From: Candidatus Bipolaricaulota bacterium
Lineage (GTDB): Bacteria > Bipolaricaulota > Bipolaricaulia > UBA7950 > UBA9294
Assembly (NCBI GenBank): GCA_040752575.1
Contig: JBFMGK010000035.1
Coordinates: 1 to 11,326, forward strand
Length of the DNA stretch: 11,326 nucleotides
Reading direction: 5' to 3'
A program made the translations under genes and the position numbers. Below, in pieces: positions 7,804-11,326 of the stretch. A model generated the notes under the pieces. The model was not told where the DNA came from. It saw only the letters and a program-made list of their open reading frames with translations, and did not search any database. The stretch's first letter is position 1. Each line of letters begins with the position of its first letter.

Positions 7804-7975
7804 TACGTGGTGCTCGCATGCTCATGATACCGAAACCTCTGCTGCCTTCCACTGGATGGCTGAGCCGCAGTCCTGACGCTGGCGATTCTCTGCGGCCCGT
7901 TTGGTGCAGAGAATCGCTTAAGGAATCGCGCAGCGCGGGATGGGCGCGATTCCCATCCACATGAGCTACGGGCGC
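7804..7975 (-). pseudogene. insertion-interrupted copy of tRNA-Arg(GCG)
   Basis: Colinear blocks 7955-7975, 7862-7880 and 7831-7849 reproduce 54 of the first 58 nt of the neighbouring tRNA, including the anticodon loop. Weak remnant of the 3' acceptor strand at 7804-7816. Confidence 0.7.
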
Positions 7976-8153
7976 CTGGATACGCCTCGCGGTACTCATG
8001 CGGTATACGCCTGATCTGAGGCTCCCCTGACTCACGCTGGGACACTTGTGCCATCGGCCACCAGCGGAGAGCCGCGCCAGGAGTTCTGCAATCCGAAGAA
8101 CATGGAGAACTCCCCAGCGCAACGAAACAGCCGCAGCACGACTTCGTTGCGCC

Positions 8154-8240
8154 TGGCGGAGGGACGGGGATTCGAACCCCGAGGGCGTTGCCGCCGTGCC
8201 GCTTTTCGAGAGCGGTTCCTTGCCGTTCGGTCATCCCTCC
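8154..8240 (-). tRNA. tRNA-Ser(CGA)
   Basis: Acceptor GGAGGGA/TCCCTCC, G73 plus encoded CCA, anticodon arm CCGCT CT-CGA-AA AGCGG, long variable arm GGCG-GCAA-CGCC, T arm CGGGG TTCGAAT CCCCG. Confidence 0.92.
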
Positions 8241-8249
8241 AGCGCCGCA

Positions 8250-8279
8250 ATCTTAAGGCGGGCGAAGAGAGGGGCGCAA
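8250..8279 (-). promoter_or_regulatory. sigma70-type promoter of the tRNA unit
   Basis: Minus strand TTGCGC, 18 bp, TAAGAT, then a GC-rich discriminator-like TGCGGCGCT just before tRNA-Ser. Confidence 0.6.
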
Positions 8280-8282
8280 GGC

Positions 8283-9515
8283 CTACTCGCCCGGCATCAG
8301 CCGGATCGCGTAGGTCCCCACCCCCTTCTCGCCCCGCGTCAACACGACGCGCAGCTCACGGTAGTCTGACGGAGTCGTGATCGTGTACTCGCCGTCGCGC
8401 GGCGCGAAGTGCTCCCACGTCCCACTCGCGAGACGGCCCACCAGGGCCACTCGCAGATCGGTGCCGGCGTCCCCCGACACGATCAGCCGCAACGGGAGAC
8501 CTGACGCCGGGCGAATGGATACGACGTCGATTCCGTACGCATGGGCAACCCGCAGCAGAGTCCCCTCGCGATCCTCGTCGTACGGCGATCCGTCCGCCAA
8601 CGGCGGCGCGACGTTGACGCGATCGACGACCATTTCTTTGCCCGTCCAGTCGACCGCTGCGACCGGCGTCGGAATGGCGAGTCCCGGCCGTTCCAGTTCG
8701 CGCCCGACGGCCTTGGACAGCATGCGGACCGAAGCCTGGTCGGGCAGCGACTCGGTGGCGAACGCCAGCGCGAACTCGGTCCACAGGTCGAAGAACGTCG
8801 ATCCTCCCGAGCCCAGTGCGGCGTCCATCGAGGCAAACCCGTCGTAGGTGGCCGAGGCATTCATGACCCGACGCACGACCTCGAGCCCGCCTTGTCGGTC
8901 GATCACGTAGACCCAGAAGACTCCTGCGTCGTAGCGGCGATGCGCGAACGAACCGCCGTCGGGCGCGAACAGGAAATCGATCCCCATCTCGAGATAGTCG
9001 TCGGCTCCGGGGGCTACAGACTCCTGGATCGCGGTGGCATGAGGCTCAACAAACAGCTCCTCGGTGACGTCTCCCGCGCCGTGGAGCGCCGCGGCATCCT
9101 GCAGTGCGTGGAATACCTCGTGCGCTGCGGTGGAAAGCACGGCCTCGTCGCGGGTCATCCCCAGGAAGGACTCGTCCGCCGCGCTCTGCATCACGGCCTC
9201 GTCGGCGATCTCGATCACCGTATGCGCCGTGCCGTCCTCGGCGATCTCGGTGTACTCCGCACCGAACTCGGCCCCGTCGCCGGCGACGATGTAGACGTCG
9301 ATCGGCGTCGGGGGTGGCGGGAACCCTTCCCGCGTTACCAAAAGGTCGTACGCGGCCTCCAGGCTCCGCAGCACGAGGTCGACATACTCCGCCGTGGCCT
9401 CGTCGGGAGCGTAGGTGACGCGGAAGTGAACGGACGCCGCGACCCGCGCCGCGGCAGGCATCGCGAGCCCGAGGACGCAGACCAAGACGAGGAGGGCTCC
9501 GGACGGGCGGCTCAC
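8283..9515 (-). CDS. secreted HEXXH zinc metallopeptidase-like protein (410 aa)
   Basis: Signal peptide. TAAHEVFHALQ with a downstream Glu (LFVEPHAT) in gluzincin-like spacing, then YDAGVFW. GTG 9515 overlaps the upstream stop (GTGA). Confidence 0.72.
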   Translation of the reverse strand: MSRPSGALLVLVCVLGLAMPAAARVAASVHFRVTYAPDEATAEYVDLVLRSLEAAYDLLVTREGFPPPPTPIDVYIVAGDGAEFGAEYTEIAEDGTAHTVIEIADEAVMQSAADESFLGMTRDEAVLSTAAHEVFHALQDAAALHGAGDVTEELFVEPHATAIQESVAPGADDYLEMGIDFLFAPDGGSFAHRRYDAGVFWVYVIDRQGGLEVVRRVMNASATYDGFASMDAALGSGGSTFFDLWTEFALAFATESLPDQASVRMLSKAVGRELERPGLAIPTPVAAVDWTGKEMVVDRVNVAPPLADGSPYDEDREGTLLRVAHAYGIDVVSIRPASGLPLRLIVSGDAGTDLRVALVGRLASGTWEHFAPRDGEYTITTPSDYRELRVVLTRGEKGVGTYAIRLMPGE

Positions 9516-10186
9516 GACCCGCGGGGAACGAGGAAGATGATGGCCAGCAAGGCGGCAATGGCCAGGAGCCCGACCCACGCGGGCAGCGCTGCGGCCTCGG
9601 GCTCTTCCGCAATGGCCGGCTCCAGGCTGTTCCAGATGATCGTCTCGCCGGCGGGAGTCTCCGCGCTGGCGATCGGCGAAGCAATGACCGCGGTTGGCGC
9701 GGCGTCTCCGATCCCCGAGGCGGCCTTGCGAAGGACGAACAGCGGGTGGTTCAGCCACCGATCTCCGAGCCAGTGTCGGGGCAACGGGTTGAATCCGCGT
9801 CCACCGAACGCGATCGTGTCCACGGCAAGAAGCGGAATCTCGGCGATCGAGCCGCGGCCCTCGACGCGCAGGAGTTCGTCCAGGCCCGTGAACGCTGAGA
9901 ACGGGCCGACGAGGATGTACTCTGCCGTTTCAATGACGATCCGCGGGAACTCGACCCACAGCTGCTGAATGGCGTCGAGTGGGATGTCGTACTGCATCGC
10001 CGGCCCGACAAGAGGCGAGACATCGACCAGGCGGAGCGTCGATGCGAGACCCTGCAAGGTCCCTGTGGCAACGGTTCCGGCATTTGTCCGCACCGACGCC
10101 TCACTTCCTGAGGCGACCGCGGCCCAAGCGGACAGCGCGACGACGACCACCGAGACCGCCAGGATCCACATTCTTGTCTTGCGCAT
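9512..10186 (-). CDS. hypothetical exported protein with C-terminal TM anchor (224 aa)
   Basis: MRKTR plus hydrophobic signal peptide, C-terminal LPAWVGLLAIAALLAIIFLVPR. AAGGGGGAG precedes ATG 10186. Translationally coupled to the peptidase gene. Confidence 0.8.
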   Translation of the reverse strand: MRKTRMWILAVSVVVVALSAWAAVASGSEASVRTNAGTVATGTLQGLASTLRLVDVSPLVGPAMQYDIPLDAIQQLWVEFPRIVIETAEYILVGPFSAFTGLDELLRVEGRGSIAEIPLLAVDTIAFGGRGFNPLPRHWLGDRWLNHPLFVLRKAASGIGDAAPTAVIASPIASAETPAGETIIWNSLEPAIAEEPEAAALPAWVGLLAIAALLAIIFLVPRGS

Positions 10187-10290
10187 AGCTCCCCCTTCAG
10201 GCGAGCATGCATGACCCGCCGGCATGGCAGGCCCTGCGATGCACGCGCTCCGCGGTAGGCGCGCCGCCGCCGCAACCTTGCGTGTAGAGT

Positions 10291-10320
10291 AGAGTATGGA
10301 TGCACGCGAAGTGGTGTCAA
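10291..10320 (-). promoter_or_regulatory. sigma70-type promoter of the two-gene unit
   Basis: Minus strand TTGACA (10320-10315) with CATACT at 16 bp or TACTCT at 18 bp. Confidence 0.6.
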
Positions 10321-10586
10321 GAACTCCATGCGCCCGGCCGGACGTGCCCGGCGTCACGGACGAGTGTCCGACGGTCGTCGGACGGACAGGAAGCACGACG
10401 CCCGGCACAGGTGTACGGTACTGGGCGTACGGTAAGGATCCGACGTCGTCGGCGCGCCGAGGGCGCGCGAACCGGGAGGTGATGCGTGGATGAGCGGTCC
10501 TAGACTGCCGCAATCTGCCTCGCGTGGTGGAGCTTGCGGCGGTTGCGGCGGGGGAGAGGGGAAAGTGAAGCCAGTCCTGATCGAGC

Positions 10587-10616
10587 TTGACAGTACGTGC
10601 CCCCGTGGGGTAGTAT
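10587..10616 (+). promoter_or_regulatory. sigma70-type promoter of the large secreted protein gene
   Basis: TTGACA (10587-10592), 18 bp, TAGTAT (10611-10616). Confidence 0.75.
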
Positions 10617-10854
10617 CGCCCAACGCTCATCAGGAGGGGGAGAATCTTCCCTTCCCTTGGTTGTTGAGAGCGTGGAGAGGCCCCGCGAAAGGCGCGGCCC
10701 GATGATCCTTAGGGTTCGCGGGCTGGTGGGTAGCGCGTCGCGGCTCGCCTCGGCAGGGGCTGGAACGGGCGGAGGTCGGGAGTCGCGACCTCTGATTGAA
10801 GAGATACGTTGGCAAAGAACGGGAAACCTCAGAACCACAGAAGGAGGTAGGACG

Positions 10855-11326
10855 TTGAAGAAGAGACTGGGCCTTTTGAGTGTCGTAACGCTGCTGGTTA
10901 TGGCGCTCTTCGCTCTGTCTGCCGTGGCGTCGACGGCCGAGATGTACTTCTCGAGCGACAAGAACGGACAGAACAGAGTCACGAACGTGCAAGAGGGCGA
11001 TGAGGTCTTCATTGTCATCCGCGACGCGGACGAGAACATCGACTGCGACGTGCGGGACAAGATCTGGACCGACATCAAGGTGATGGACCCGAAGACGGGC
11101 GCCTACATCGTCTGGGTGAGCTACCTCGACGAGGAAGGCGACGCAGAGGCAGACACTTACGAAGAGGTCGCCTACGACCCGTACATGGGCCACTTCCCGG
11201 GGAACCCGGGCTGGCTGGGCGCCGACTACCTTGAGGAAACGGGCGCCGACACGGGTCTGTTCGTCTCGAAGCGCTCGTTCCAGATCGGAACGCGCGAGGA
11301 GTACGACGACGAGCGGCTGAACACGC
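10855..11326 (+). CDS. large secreted or surface protein, 5' part only (S-layer-like candidate)
   Basis: Not in the ORF track because it has no stop in the window. AAGGAGGT RBS then TTG 10855, open to the edge: MKKRLGLLSVVTLLVMALFALSAVASTAEMYFSSDKNGQNRVTNVQEGDEVFIVIRDADENIDCDVRDKIW...LEETGADTGLFVSKRSFQIG. Signal peptide, acidic composition, strong GC3 bias. Confidence 0.85.
   Translation, partial: MKKRLGLLSVVTLLVMALFALSAVASTAEMYFSSDKNGQNRVTNVQEGDEVFIVIRDADENIDCDVRDKIWTDIKVMDPKTGAYIVWVSYLDEEGDAEADTYEEVAYDPYMGHFPGNPGWLGADYLEETGADTGLFVSKRSFQIGTREEYDDERLNT

Noticed and set aside
7955..7975. att site of an integrated element
   Set aside because: The duplicated part is the tRNA 5' end and continues as a longer colinear copy. 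There is no integrase or cargo.
7804..7975. Functional intron-containing tRNA
   Set aside because: It would need several 1-2 nt excisions, the T stem and 3' acceptor strand are not restorable, and there is no group I core or clear bulge-helix-bulge.
7752..8380. ORFs over the tRNA region
   Set aside because: They overlap tRNA genes or the structured spacer and lack recognisable motifs.
10267..10551. 11-bp inverted repeat (10267-10277/10541-10551) and palindrome 10366-10383 as a MITE or invertible promoter
   Set aside because: Short and GC-rich, with no target duplication or recombinase.
10671..10840. c-di-GMP-I or glycine riboswitch
   Set aside because: GGAGAG...GAAA...CCGA gives only superficial similarity. 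GGCAAA/GACGCAAAGC and CCGAAG/CTCTCAGG are not present in the right arrangement.
70..11193. Long antisense or alternate-frame ORFs (for example 1529-2674, 8541-9968, 10630-11193)
   Set aside because: Shadow ORFs of the real genes in GC-rich DNA, with Arg/Pro/Ala-rich composition and no motifs.

Overview
GC-rich bacterial chromosomal window of housekeeping and cell-envelope genes. It encodes a YghO-like GNAT, a DUF4384 exported protein, a class I SAM methyltransferase, dephospho-CoA kinase, a MATE/ANKH-like membrane protein, a cold-shock protein (clear sigma70 promoter, ~100-nt leader, terminator), lamin-tail and DUF1573 exported proteins, a two-gene unit with an HEXXH metallopeptidase, and the 5' end of a large secreted, possibly S-layer-like protein that the ORF track omits. 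The interesting parts are non-coding. (1) A minus-strand tRNA-Ser(CGA)...tRNA-Arg(GCG) unit has a ~380-nt hairpin-rich spacer holding a colinear copy of the tRNA-Arg broken almost only by insertions, including two 12-nt-loop hairpins, and possibly a second, more decayed copy. (2) The Arg anticodon is GCG instead of the usual bacterial ACG. (3) A ~575-bp cluster of GTAG-type REP-like palindromes shows compensatory stem changes. No transposase, integrase or cas gene is visible. All family assignments come from motif recognition by eye, not database searches.
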